Assembly (NCBI GenBank): GCA_047285805.1
Contig: JBJBCN010000002.1
Location: forward strand, 64,001-128,000
Direction: 5' to 3'
Length of the DNA: 64,000 nucleotides
Source of the DNA: Synechococcus sp.
GTDB lineage: Bacteria > Cyanobacteriota > Cyanobacteriia > PCC-6307 > Cyanobiaceae
The position numbers and the translations under genes are program-made. Below are positions 17,618 through 27,057 of this stretch, one piece after another. The notes under the pieces were generated by a model that made no database searches, was not told the origin of the DNA, and saw only the letters and a program-made list of their open reading frames with translations. Position 1 is the stretch's first letter; every line of letters begins with the position of its first letter.

Positions 17618-18090
17618 CAGTTCAGTATCGGTTTCAGCGATTTGCTCAGGTTGAACCGCTCGAACGGGACTCCGCGGATCAGCAACGTTTCTCTCCAGCG
17701 AATGCGCCAGCCCAAGGAGAGGAGCAGTGGGGTGGAGATCAAGCTGGCTTCGGTTTGCAGGTCTGAGAGGCCCTCCTGTGCGGCTGCGGCTTCCGCGGCT
17801 TTCACCAATGCCCGTCCATGGCCCTGGTGTTGAGCCTCGGGACGGCAATAGAGCAGCGAAAGTCGCGCTTTGGGATCGCGCAGCGCAAAGGCGAGCAGTT
17901 CCCCTTTGGGGTCTTCACTCGCCAGCCCTTGACCTCGTGTCAGGGCTGAATAGAGTGATGCACCTTGTGCGGCCCAGGCTTCTCTTTGTGCCTGTGTGTA
18001 CAGCTTTTGGTCGCAACTCAGGACCGCCTGCTGATAGATGCGGATCGCTTCAGTGTGCTCCTCCCTGCGTAATTCTCGGATCCGATGCAT
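17617..18090 (-). CDS. GNAT-family N-acetyltransferase (YafP-like)
   Basis: YTQAQREAWA, LYCRPEAQHQGHGRAL acetyl-CoA motif, TEAS. Confidence 0.85.
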   Translation of the reverse strand: MHRIRELRREEHTEAIRIYQQAVLSCDQKLYTQAQREAWAAQGASLYSALTRGQGLASEDPKGELLAFALRDPKARLSLLYCRPEAQHQGHGRALVKAAEAAAAQEGLSDLQTEASLISTPLLLSLGWRIRWRETLLIRGVPFERFNLSKSLKPILN

Positions 18091-18210
18091 CGAGGGCTGT
18101 GTTACTCAACTGCTTGCCGAATTCTCCCTTGATTTGGATTTCTTGGCGCTGGTCGCTAGCTAAACCGTGCTGTATGTTGCAACGGTATCCGGCTAACACC
18201 CTCTACTTCG

Positions 18211-18576
18211 ATGCTCACGGGTTCTGATCTGCTGGCCAAAGTTAAAGAGCTTGGCGATGTAAGTAAGTCCGATATCGTCCGCGCCTGCGGTTATGTCTCC
18301 TCGAAGAAGGACGGTGGTGAGCGCCTGAACTTCACCGCGTTCTACGAGGCCCTTCTGGAAGCGAAAGGCGTTGAACTGGGCGGTAGCAGCAAGGTTGGTA
18401 AGGGCGGCCGTAAGCTCAGCTATGTCGCCACTGTTCAGGGTAACGGCAACCTGCTGATCGGTAAGGCTTACACCGCCATGCTCGATCTGCAGCCCGGCGA
18501 CGAGTTCGAAATCAAGCTTGGCCGCAAGCAGATCCGTCTGATCCCGGCCGGCGGTAGCGACGAAGATGAGGAGTGA
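18211..18576 (+). CDS. Cyanobacterial AbrB-family transcriptional regulator (cyAbrB)
   Basis: MLTGSDLL, FYEALLEAKG, VQGNGNLLIGKAYT, PGDEFEIKLGRKQI. Confidence 0.92.
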   Translation: MLTGSDLLAKVKELGDVSKSDIVRACGYVSSKKDGGERLNFTAFYEALLEAKGVELGGSSKVGKGGRKLSYVATVQGNGNLLIGKAYTAMLDLQPGDEFEIKLGRKQIRLIPAGGSDEDEE

Positions 18577-18579
18577 TCA

Positions 18580-21291
18580 TCAGCTCAAACGGCTGAGATT
18601 TACCTCAACTCCTGCAGCCCCTTCGATGGATTCGAGGGGGCTTTTTTCTTTGGCCCAGTTCAGGACGTGTTGATAGTCCTCGGGATGACAGCTCAGCAAG
18701 ATCACTTGAAGGCCCTGCTCCATCCCCCGTTGGAGCATGCCCTGCAAGTGGGCGAGCCGCTGACGATCGGTATTCGTGAACGCATCGTCAAAGACCAGTG
18801 GCAGGGCGCCGTCATAGGCCTCCATCAGGACTTCGGCCATGGCTAGACGCAACGCACCCGCCAGTTGTTCGCGCATCCCACCACTGAGCCGCCCAAAGTC
18901 GTAGGCCTGGTTGTCTTGCAGCAGTTGCAGTTGCTCGAAGCCGTGTTTGGGATTGAACTCCAGTAGGGCCCGCTCAGACGCGGCATTCAGCAGTACATCG
19001 AGATAGGGGTTGAGGGCGGCACAGAGCGGTTCGCTGTAGCGATTCGCGAGCTCGGCTTGGGCTTCATGGAAGTGCTCCTGCAGGAGTTGGAGGGCTTGTG
19101 CTTCCCGCTTCTGATGGAGCCTCTCCTGTTGCACGTTGTCCAAGCGGGCTTGGGCCAGCTCCAGTTGAGCGCTGGGGTTCTGGGCTCCGAGGCTGACGCA
19201 ACGTTGTTCGTTCTGCCCCCGCTCATGCAGCAGCAGCTCTTTCTCCTGGTTGAGTTGCTCGAGCAGTTGCGCTGCCCCAAGGGATCCGGGGCGCAGCAGC
19301 ATCAGCAGCTGTTGACGCTCCGATTCGATGGCACCCAGGGCGCCTCGGCGATGCAGAACGTCCTGCTCGAGTTCCTTCAGCCGTTTGGCGCTGGCCTCGG
19401 GGGATTGGGCAGGGGACTCCTCCTGCAGCCGGGCGTTCAGCATGGCCAAGGATCCGGCAAGTTGCTCGAGGCGGCCTCGTTGTTGCTCGAGCTGGCGGGT
19501 CAGAACCTGCTCTTGTTGGCGCTCCTGGTTTTGCCGTTGCTGCTGTGCCTCGAGGGCGCTGCTCTCCCGCTGGATTCTCTCGCGCAGCTCCGTATCCATC
19601 GCTTCAAGTGCCGTGGGATCGTCGGGCAGCTCCTCTGGGCTGGTCTGGGCGATGGCCCGCTCGAGCTCGCCCTGCCGCGGCACCAACGCGCCAAGTCGCT
19701 CGCTGAGCCCGGACCAGGGGATGGCCTTGGCGGCTTGGCGCAGGGTGGAGAGTTCCTGCTCGAGGCTCCGGCGTTGCTGCTCGATCGCCTCCGCCACTTC
19801 GCTGTTGGCGGCTCCGAGGTGTTTCGCGAGCAGCCCGCACTCTTGGCGGCAACGTTCCAGTTTGGCCTGGGACTGGGGCAGCGCATCGCCGCCGCCAGGA
19901 CTCACCCTCAGGCGCACCCCATCACCGACCTGTAGAACGCTGATGCTGTTGAGTTGCCTTCGCTCACCCGGCTGGATCAGCGTTTCGCCCAGCTGGATGA
20001 CTTGATCGCTTTGGAGCACCTCAATGCTGCTGGCCATGGCCTCGAGCCGTGCCTCCGCTTGGGAGATGGCCTGCTCGGCCCGCCGCAAGCTGCGCACATG
20101 TTCGGCCGTGATGGGCGGCAGGTCGGCCAGGGTCTGCTTGAGCCGTGAGGCTTCCGTCTGCAGTCGGTTCATCTTCTGCTGGTGGGCCTCGAGCTGTTGG
20201 CGTTCCCGCTGCACTTGCTGCAGATTCAGCCGCTGGCGAACCCCCTCTTGCTTGGCCCGCAGGCTTTGCAGTTGCTGCTGTGCTGCTTTGGTCTTCTGCT
20301 CCTGGCGCTCCTGCTCAGCGCTCCGCTGGGCCTGTTGCGCAAGGGCCTGCTCGAGTTGCTGTTGAAGCTGGCGTTGCTCCTTCTGTTGCTCCTGCTGGGC
20401 TCGCTCGAGCTCTTGGCGTTGTTTGAGTTGCCGCTCGAGGGTCTGGCGTTGCAACAGCACCGGCTCGAGTTCGGCCTGCAGCAGTTGCTCGCGTTGCTCA
20501 AGTTCCCGCTCCCGCAGCAACCCTGGCCGCAGGTTCTGATCAATGCTTTTGAGGCGTTCGGCGATGGCCCCCAGCCGCTCCATCGCCAGCTCCAGCTCCA
20601 GCAGTTGTTGCTTAGCCGCATTGCACTGCTCAAGGCAGTCCTCTTCTCGCTGGATGACCTCGGCGAGGGGGGAGCCGGCTTTGATGCGGCCCGTTGCGGT
20701 GAACAACTGCCCGAGCCGTTGCTGCAGTTGCTCGACCACTTGGCGATCAAGCGGGGACTGCATCGTCCCGAGGTTGGTCTTGGATTGCAGTTGCTGCAGC
20801 AACCGCTCGTAGTCGTAGCTTTCCGGTTTGCCCTCCAAGGGATTAGATCCCGAGTCCCCTTGACGTACCCAGAGGTGGGCCCAGCGCTCGGGCAGTTGGG
20901 CAATCCGCCGACCTTCGATGGGGCCCTCCAGACCCAGCAGGCGAGCTAGCTCCTCTTCCGCGGCGGGACCGCTATGGGCTTGCCCCTGCTGATTGCTCAG
21001 CTGACAGGTTCCGCCAGCGCCCGCAAAGCGTTTGCGCAGGGTCCAACGTTGTCCCCGGGCGGAAAAGCAGAGCTCAATCTCCGGTAGGCCGCCATGGGTG
21101 CGCGAGCGGAGTTCCTCCACGCCCCGGCCGGTCGCGGTGGAGCGCAGGAAGAGGCTTTTGTGCAGCGCCTCAACCAGGGTGCTCTTGCCGGATTCATTGA
21201 CCCCACCAATCAGGGTCAGCTGACGGCCAAAGCTCAGTTGTAGATCGAGGTGTTGGCGGACCCGTTGCAGGCGGCAGGAGAGCAGGTGCAT
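18580..21291 (-). CDS. SMC/Rad50-like ATPase (SbcC/YhaN-like)
   Basis: Walker A GGVNESGKST, long Gln/Glu coiled coil, LSGGMREQL signature, Walker B/D-loop LVFDDAFTNTD, LSCH. Confidence 0.85.
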   Translation of the reverse strand: MHLLSCRLQRVRQHLDLQLSFGRQLTLIGGVNESGKSTLVEALHKSLFLRSTATGRGVEELRSRTHGGLPEIELCFSARGQRWTLRKRFAGAGGTCQLSNQQGQAHSGPAAEEELARLLGLEGPIEGRRIAQLPERWAHLWVRQGDSGSNPLEGKPESYDYERLLQQLQSKTNLGTMQSPLDRQVVEQLQQRLGQLFTATGRIKAGSPLAEVIQREEDCLEQCNAAKQQLLELELAMERLGAIAERLKSIDQNLRPGLLRERELEQREQLLQAELEPVLLQRQTLERQLKQRQELERAQQEQQKEQRQLQQQLEQALAQQAQRSAEQERQEQKTKAAQQQLQSLRAKQEGVRQRLNLQQVQRERQQLEAHQQKMNRLQTEASRLKQTLADLPPITAEHVRSLRRAEQAISQAEARLEAMASSIEVLQSDQVIQLGETLIQPGERRQLNSISVLQVGDGVRLRVSPGGGDALPQSQAKLERCRQECGLLAKHLGAANSEVAEAIEQQRRSLEQELSTLRQAAKAIPWSGLSERLGALVPRQGELERAIAQTSPEELPDDPTALEAMDTELRERIQRESSALEAQQQRQNQERQQEQVLTRQLEQQRGRLEQLAGSLAMLNARLQEESPAQSPEASAKRLKELEQDVLHRRGALGAIESERQQLLMLLRPGSLGAAQLLEQLNQEKELLLHERGQNEQRCVSLGAQNPSAQLELAQARLDNVQQERLHQKREAQALQLLQEHFHEAQAELANRYSEPLCAALNPYLDVLLNAASERALLEFNPKHGFEQLQLLQDNQAYDFGRLSGGMREQLAGALRLAMAEVLMEAYDGALPLVFDDAFTNTDRQRLAHLQGMLQRGMEQGLQVILLSCHPEDYQHVLNWAKEKSPLESIEGAAGVEVNLSRLS
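18616..18647 (+). terminator. Intrinsic terminator for the cyAbrB gene, inside the 3' end of the convergent ATPase gene
   Basis: AGCCCCTTCGA-TGGAT-TCGAGGGGGCT stem followed by a T run. Confidence 0.65.
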
Positions 21292-21294
21292 CGC

Positions 21295-22473
21295 TCAGGT
21301 CCCCGCGCAGCGGTGCAGTTCGGCCAGGGCCAGCTGGACGAGTTCACGGCGCTCCTCCAGTAGAGCGCTGTCCTCCAGTTCGCTCTGCAGACGCTGGGCG
21401 ACGTTGGCGATCAGGGGGTCGCTGGGCCGTTGGCTGAGGGCCTGGAGTTCGCCTGGGTCTGGAGCCTTGGCGCAGCGGCCCCGGCGCTTCAGCCGGAGGA
21501 GTTGGGCCTCCAGCCGCTCCAGCAGGGCGTCGTAGCGGCGATGCCCCTCGAGGCTCAAGCTCCCGCTCTCCTCCAGCAGCAGGAGATGCCGTCCGGGTTC
21601 ATCCTCGAGCAGGGGCTGGAGTGTCGCTTCAAAGCGCTCCAGCTCTTCGTCGCCACTGAGATGGACTGCTGTGGTGTGCCATTGCAGGGCCGCGGTGGGG
21701 AGCGGTGTGACCTGGGGTGGCGCCCCACGTTCGACATGGACCCCGAGCACGACGCCATCGCGGTAGGCGTCATGGCGGGGAAAGCGATCGGGTTCCGGGG
21801 TACCGCTGTACCAGCCCTTGGCATGGACCTGCTTGAGGCTGTGCCAATCCCCGAGCGCGACGTAGTCCAGCTGTCCCAGGAGTCCGTCGTCTAGGCGCAA
21901 TTGGTTCTGGCTGCTGGCGGGGTTTTCTCCATCGGCGTCCAGGTCCTTGGAGCCGAAGCCATGGATGGAGCCATGGGCCAGGAGGAGTCGGGGGCGGTCA
22001 CTGGGGAGGGCCTCCCAATCGATGGTGCGCACCCAAGCGGTGGGGTCCTGGCTGTCGGTTCGGCGCAGCAGGGGGCAGGGCAGCACTATTGCCTCCTCCA
22101 GCACGAGTGGTTCGCGGGTTAGGAGCACCTGAAGGTTGGGGGCCCGCCGCTGGCACTCCTCCTGGAAAAAACGTTGGTGCCAAACACTGCCGGGGGCGCC
22201 ATGGTCATGGTTCCCGGGGATCACCAGCACCGGACAGCTCAGTCGCCCGAGGGCTTGGCAGACGGCGCTGATGTCGCTGCTGCTCGGGGTTGGTGAGTCG
22301 AAGAGATCGCCTGCGATGAGAAGAAAGGCGGCCTGCTGATCCAGCGCACACTGGCCGATGCGATCGATGGCCTCAATGCGCACATGCCGCAACTTCGCCC
22401 GTTTGTCTGGGTCCTCGACCCGGGCGTAGGGCTTGCCGATCTGCCAGTCGGCACTGTGCAGAAAAGACAGCAT
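21295..22473 (-). CDS. Mre11/SbcD-like metallophosphoesterase nuclease (YhaO-like)
   Basis: HSADWQIG, AGDLFD, PGNHD, AHG, YVALGDWH, YSGTPE. Confidence 0.88.
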   Translation of the reverse strand: MLSFLHSADWQIGKPYARVEDPDKRAKLRHVRIEAIDRIGQCALDQQAAFLLIAGDLFDSPTPSSSDISAVCQALGRLSCPVLVIPGNHDHGAPGSVWHQRFFQEECQRRAPNLQVLLTREPLVLEEAIVLPCPLLRRTDSQDPTAWVRTIDWEALPSDRPRLLLAHGSIHGFGSKDLDADGENPASSQNQLRLDDGLLGQLDYVALGDWHSLKQVHAKGWYSGTPEPDRFPRHDAYRDGVVLGVHVERGAPPQVTPLPTAALQWHTTAVHLSGDEELERFEATLQPLLEDEPGRHLLLLEESGSLSLEGHRRYDALLERLEAQLLRLKRRGRCAKAPDPGELQALSQRPSDPLIANVAQRLQSELEDSALLEERRELVQLALAELHRCAGT

Positions 22474-22531
22474 TAGACCAAGAATCACATGTCAATAAAT
22501 ACCCTTAAATGGATATTCCGCAGTAGCGGAC

Positions 22532-23920
22532 TCAATTCCTATTCAAAAAAAGCACCAGTGACCTGAAATGCTCGCCCCGCGCTTCAAAGTCGCGGTATTG
22601 GTCGAAGCTGGCGCAGGCCGGTGAGAGCAAGACGGCTCGGCAGCCTCCCCCTTCGCTCAGGCGCTGGGCCGACTCCACGGCAGCGCTCAGATCGTCGCAG
22701 CATTCGATCACCCCCTCGTATCCGCCGGAGTTCAGCAGCTCCTGGAAGTGGGACTGGGAAGCGCCAAATAGCACAACGGCCTTCGCCTTGCTTTGCAGGG
22801 CGGCAATCCAGGCGCGCGCCTCCCCCTGTTTGGCTTCGCCGCCGGCCAGGGCCACCAGAGGGCCCTCGACAGACCTCAGGGCCACCTCGGCCGCGTCGTA
22901 GTTGGTCGCTTTGCTGTCGTTGATCCAGGCGACTCCATCGAGGTTGCGGATCAGCTCCAGCCGGTGGGGCACACCAGGGAATACCCGTAGGGCCGCCTCC
23001 ATCGCTGGGCCACTCAGCCCCAGCTCGAGGCCAACGGCCACGGCCATCATCATGTTTTGGCGGTTATGGGCCCCGGGCATGGCCAGGGCATTGGCCGCAA
23101 TAAGAGCGCCGCTGCTGTGCATGACTTGATCCCCCTCAATCCAGAGCCAGGGATCAATGCCCTTGCCCAGGGCTGCCTCCTTGGACTCCGCCGTCGTCCA
23201 GCGTGCGCCGCTCCAGCTCGCGGCATGGGCGCAGAGGTCCGGGTCATCGGCGTTCAGCACTTGGATGGCCGAGCGCTCGAGCAGGCCCCGTTTGATCGCC
23301 CGGTAGTTTTCCAGGGTTCCGTGACGCTCCAGGTGATCGGGGGTCAGGGTGGTCCAGAGTCCGATGGCCGGTGCCAACTCCGGGGCCGATTCGATCTGAT
23401 AGCTGCTCAGCTCGACCACTAGGGCCTGGGGAGGCGTCTGACCGCCCTGAAAGCGCTCGAGCGCTAACTCCGCGGCGGAGTGGCCAACGTTGCCGCACAT
23501 CGGCGCATCCAGCCTGCCCTGCTCCAGCAGGTGGGCCACCAGGTGAGTGACGGTGGTTTTGCCGTTCGTGCCGGTGATCCCAATCCAGGGGGTTGGTTGG
23601 CTGGCCTCCCAGGCCGTACTGATCTCCCCGTTGGTGGGGATCCCCTGGTCGCGCAGCCAGTCCAGGGTGGGGTGGTCCCAGCGGATACCCGGACTGACGA
23701 TCACCCGATTGCAGGTCGCCAGGAGCGGCTTGAAACTTTCCGGCGCCAGGGGCTTGCCCAGTTCAACAGCGATGCCTTCGGCACGCAGCCCCTCGGCTTT
23801 GTGTTGATGCTGGGGTCCCGCACCGCTCTCGAAGACAAGGACGTCGGTGCCCTGCCTGGCCAAGAGTCGGGCTGCTCCCAGTCCGGATCGGCCCAGCCCG
23901 AGAACCACCGTCACTGGCAT
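22532..23920 (-). CDS. murD: UDP-N-acetylmuramoyl-L-alanine--D-glutamate ligase
   Basis: GLGRSG, ITGTNGKTT, ELSSYQ, HRLE, NDSKATN, LSPACASFDQ. Confidence 0.95.
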   Translation of the reverse strand: MPVTVVLGLGRSGLGAARLLARQGTDVLVFESGAGPQHQHKAEGLRAEGIAVELGKPLAPESFKPLLATCNRVIVSPGIRWDHPTLDWLRDQGIPTNGEISTAWEASQPTPWIGITGTNGKTTVTHLVAHLLEQGRLDAPMCGNVGHSAAELALERFQGGQTPPQALVVELSSYQIESAPELAPAIGLWTTLTPDHLERHGTLENYRAIKRGLLERSAIQVLNADDPDLCAHAASWSGARWTTAESKEAALGKGIDPWLWIEGDQVMHSSGALIAANALAMPGAHNRQNMMMAVAVGLELGLSGPAMEAALRVFPGVPHRLELIRNLDGVAWINDSKATNYDAAEVALRSVEGPLVALAGGEAKQGEARAWIAALQSKAKAVVLFGASQSHFQELLNSGGYEGVIECCDDLSAAVESAQRLSEGGGCRAVLLSPACASFDQYRDFEARGEHFRSLVLFLNRN

Positions 23921-23949
23921 GGGCTGACGCTCTGGAACCGACTCAAAAG

Positions 23950-24021
23950 TGGGCGATACTGGAATCGAACCAGTGACTCCTACCGTGTCAAGGTAGTGCT
24001 CTACCTCTGAGCTAATCGCCC
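23950..24021 (-). tRNA. tRNA-Val(GAC)
   Basis: Reverse complement is GGGCGATTAGCTCAGAGGTAGAGCACTACCTTGACACGGTAGGAGTCACTGGTTCGATTCCAGTATCGCCCA: cloverleaf, anticodon GAC, no encoded CCA. Confidence 0.97.
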
Positions 24022-24061
24022 TCAGAAGCCTTTCGGCTTGAGGAACCTAGCAGTCGGTGGA

Positions 24062-24844
24062 TCAGCTTCTCTGCATGGCCAGTCGCCAGCGCTCCCGCTT
24101 GGTCGGCTGAATCTCCACGATCTCCAGCTCTCCGCGGCCGTCGAGGCGAATGCGGTCCCCTTGTTTGAGCTCACGGCTTGGGCTGGTGACCACGTTCCAG
24201 TTCACCCGAACCGCGCCGGAACGTATCCAGTCAGCCATTTTTTTGCGGGAGACCCCAAGGCCCGCGGAGGCCACGGCGTCTAGGCGCAGAGAGGCCTCGA
24301 CGCTGCTCAGCTTCTTGGGACTACGGCTGGCGGGAAGCTGCAGCCCACTGATCTCAATGAGTTCTGTTTTGACCTCGACGCTGCGCACCTGCGCCGTTTG
24401 CCCCTGCCAGAACTCGGCGACTTCTTCGCGCGCGATCAGCTGCGCTCCGCGGTCACCGCGCATCCAAATGTCCCCCAGGTCTCCGGGTTGGGCCCCAGCA
24501 GCGATCAGGCCCGCACGGACGTCCGCGGGTTCAGCCGGGTCAAAGAGGAAGTTCCCAGTGATGACGAGCCCCCGCAGCGGTACGGCCGGGATCTCGCCGT
24601 CGCTGATTTCGACGCGGCGGACTAGCAGCCGCCGGCGTTCGGCTTGGGGCCAGCCACCCTCGCTGGCCAGGCTCAGCTCGGTCAGTCTTCCGAAGCGCTG
24701 CTGCACATCCTCCAGCAGGTCGGCGGCGAGGAAGTCACTCCAGATCGGTTCCCAGGTGCGAAGGGCTTGTTCGGCTAGGCCAATCAGCCTTCCCATGGCC
24801 TCGGGGTTGCGGCAGCCCTGCAGCAGCTCATCGCGCGGAAGCAT
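24062..24844 (-). CDS. YlmH/Sll1252-like S4-domain RNA-binding protein (photosystem II S4 domain protein)
   Basis: GG-x-PQAERRR, GNFLFDP, EASLRLDAVASAG..SR, C-terminal S4 domain. Confidence 0.85.
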   Translation of the reverse strand: MLPRDELLQGCRNPEAMGRLIGLAEQALRTWEPIWSDFLAADLLEDVQQRFGRLTELSLASEGGWPQAERRRLLVRRVEISDGEIPAVPLRGLVITGNFLFDPAEPADVRAGLIAAGAQPGDLGDIWMRGDRGAQLIAREEVAEFWQGQTAQVRSVEVKTELIEISGLQLPASRSPKKLSSVEASLRLDAVASAGLGVSRKKMADWIRSGAVRVNWNVVTSPSRELKQGDRIRLDGRGELEIVEIQPTKRERWRLAMQRS

Positions 24845-24855
24845 CGGCGCTGCTC

Positions 24856-25359
24856 CTAGTTGTCGCTGAGTCGCACCACGCTTTGTGGCTTGGCCTCCTG
24901 GAGCCGGGTCCAGGGCACCTCAACGCCGGTGGCGGTTTCCAGCAGCAGCAGCCAATTGCCCTCTTCGAGGCGGTTGCGCAGCGCGCGGATGCGGTCGTCG
25001 CTATCGGAGCTGACGCTGGCCGCCGCGGCATAGCTGCCCATCAGGCCTGAACCGAGGCCCAGCAATCCGCAGATGAGATGGGAGCCCACATCTCCGGCAA
25101 AGGCAAAGGTGTCCAGGTCAGTCATGAAGTTGAATGTCACCCCGGCGAAGAATCCGAAGGGCATCAGCCAGGTCGCCATTCCTTTTTGACGCCGCTTGCG
25201 ACCAATCGAGGGGTTGAGCTCATCCACGTCGGCCATCGCGGTTTCTCCCGCGCCGACGGCGACCAGGCGCGCCGGGGCGGGGCTCATGGAGGCCAACTGT
25301 TCTTTGAGTTGGTGCAATCGCTTTCGCGACGAGAGCACCACCACCACGCTGTTGCCCAC
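24856..25359 (-). CDS. Conserved hypothetical membrane protein
   Basis: Two TM helices (WLMPFGFFAG...); coding-like codon usage. Confidence 0.7.
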   Translation of the reverse strand: MGNSVVVVLSSRKRLHQLKEQLASMSPAPARLVAVGAGETAMADVDELNPSIGRKRRQKGMATWLMPFGFFAGVTFNFMTDLDTFAFAGDVGSHLICGLLGLGSGLMGSYAAAASVSSDSDDRIRALRNRLEEGNWLLLLETATGVEVPWTRLQEAKPQSVVRLSDN

Positions 25360-25465
25360 GGGTCACGCTTCAGACCTGCCGATTCTCCATGCTCCGGCCG
25401 GCCGCTGCGGGGCCTACAAGGTCCCTCTCTACACTTCACCTCCGGCCGCTCCACTCCGCCGGGTC

Positions 25466-27052
25466 ATGACGAAGGTTCTGGTATCCGATCCCATCGATCA
25501 AACAGGGATCGACATCCTGTCCCAGGTGGCTGAGGTGGATGTGCGAACGGGCCTGCCACCGGAAGAGCTGAAGTCGATCATTGGCGACTACGACGCCTTG
25601 ATGATTCGCTCCGGCACCACGGTGACCGCCGACATCATCGAGGCGGCCTCCAATCTGCGGATCATTGGCCGGGCTGGCGTCGGCGTCGACAATGTGGATG
25701 TGCCGGCGGCCACCAAGCGCGGCGTGATTGTCGTGAATTCCCCCGAGGGGAACACGATTGCGGCGGCTGAGCATGCCTTGGCCTTGATGCTGTCGCTCTC
25801 CCGGCACGTGCCCCACGCCCATGGCAGCACCATGGCTGGCGGCTGGGACCGGAAGAAATATGTGGGCAACGAGCTCTACAAGAAAAAGCTCGGTGTGGTC
25901 GGCCTGGGCAAGATCGGCTCCCACGTCGCCCGGGTTGCCAAGGCGATGGGCATGGACGTGATGGCCTACGACCCCTTCGTCTCGGCTGAGCGGGCCCAAC
26001 AGATTCAGGTGCGTCTCCAGGAGCTCCCTGCCCTATTCGCCGAGGCCGACTACGTCAGCCTTCACCTGCCCCGCACACCGGACACCGAAAACCTTGTGAA
26101 TGCGGATCTGCTGAGCACCATGAAGCCCACCGCGCGGATCGTGAACTGCGCCCGCGGCGGAATCATCGATGAAGCGGCCCTGGCCGAGGCGGTCGAGAAC
26201 GGCGTCATCGCCGGTGCGGCCCTGGACGTCTACGCCAAGGAGCCCCTCGCCGCTGACAGCCTCCTGCGCAAGGTCAGCGAGCGCCTGATCTTGACCCCCC
26301 ACCTGGGTGCGTCCACCGAAGAGGCCCAAGAAAACGTCGCGGTTGACGTGGCGGAGCAGATCCGCGACGTCCTGCTTGGTCTTCCCGCCCGCAGCGCCGT
26401 GAACATCCCCGGCCTGAACGCCGAGGTGATGGAGCGCCTGAAGCCCCACCTGCAGCTAGCCGAGATCCTGGGACAACTGGTCAGCCAGCTGGCCGGCGGT
26501 CAGATCAGCGAGCTCGAGGTGCGTCTGCAGGGCGAATTCGCTAACCACCCCGCCCAGCCCCTGGTGATTGCCTCCCAGAAGGGCCTGCTCTCCACCGCCC
26601 TGGGCGATTCGATCAACTTCGTGAACGCCGGCCTCGAAGCCAAGGACCGCGGCATCCACGTCGTGGAGGTCAAAGATGACGCGGCACGTGACTTCGCCGG
26701 TGGTTCGCTGCAGCTCACCGCCAAGGGCGCCAACGGCACCCACGTGGTGACCGGTGCCGTCTTCGCAGACGGCGAGCTCCGGGTGACCACCATTGACGAG
26801 TTCCCCGTCAGCGTGACCCCGAGCAAGCACATGCTCTTCACCCGTCACCGCGACATGCCCGGGATCATTGGACACATCGGCTCGGTCCTCGGCGAGCACA
26901 ACGTCAACATCGCTTCGATGCAGGTGGGCCGCCGCATCGTTCGCGGTGATGCCGTGATGGTCCTCAGCCTCGATGACCCGCTGCCCGCTGATCTTCTGGC
27001 TGGCATTCATGCCATTGAGGGCATTCAGCAGGCTCACCCCGTCACCCTCTGA
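25466..27052 (+). CDS. serA: D-3-phosphoglycerate dehydrogenase
   Basis: GRAGVGVDN, GLGKIG, NCARGG, TPHLGAST, C-terminal ACT domain; start MTKVLVSD. Confidence 0.95.
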   Translation: MTKVLVSDPIDQTGIDILSQVAEVDVRTGLPPEELKSIIGDYDALMIRSGTTVTADIIEAASNLRIIGRAGVGVDNVDVPAATKRGVIVVNSPEGNTIAAAEHALALMLSLSRHVPHAHGSTMAGGWDRKKYVGNELYKKKLGVVGLGKIGSHVARVAKAMGMDVMAYDPFVSAERAQQIQVRLQELPALFAEADYVSLHLPRTPDTENLVNADLLSTMKPTARIVNCARGGIIDEAALAEAVENGVIAGAALDVYAKEPLAADSLLRKVSERLILTPHLGASTEEAQENVAVDVAEQIRDVLLGLPARSAVNIPGLNAEVMERLKPHLQLAEILGQLVSQLAGGQISELEVRLQGEFANHPAQPLVIASQKGLLSTALGDSINFVNAGLEAKDRGIHVVEVKDDAARDFAGGSLQLTAKGANGTHVVTGAVFADGELRVTTIDEFPVSVTPSKHMLFTRHRDMPGIIGHIGSVLGEHNVNIASMQVGRRIVRGDAVMVLSLDDPLPADLLAGIHAIEGIQQAHPVTL

Positions 27053-27057
27053 TTTCG

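Noticed and set aside
19000..20850. Repetitive CTG/CTC/TTG-rich DNA
   Set aside because: Explained by the Gln/Glu/Leu coiled coil of the SMC-like ATPase; not a tandem repeat array.
23930..24060. tRNA-Val as an integration site
   Set aside because: It is flanked directly by core genes; I saw no integrase or duplicated tRNA 3' end in the window.
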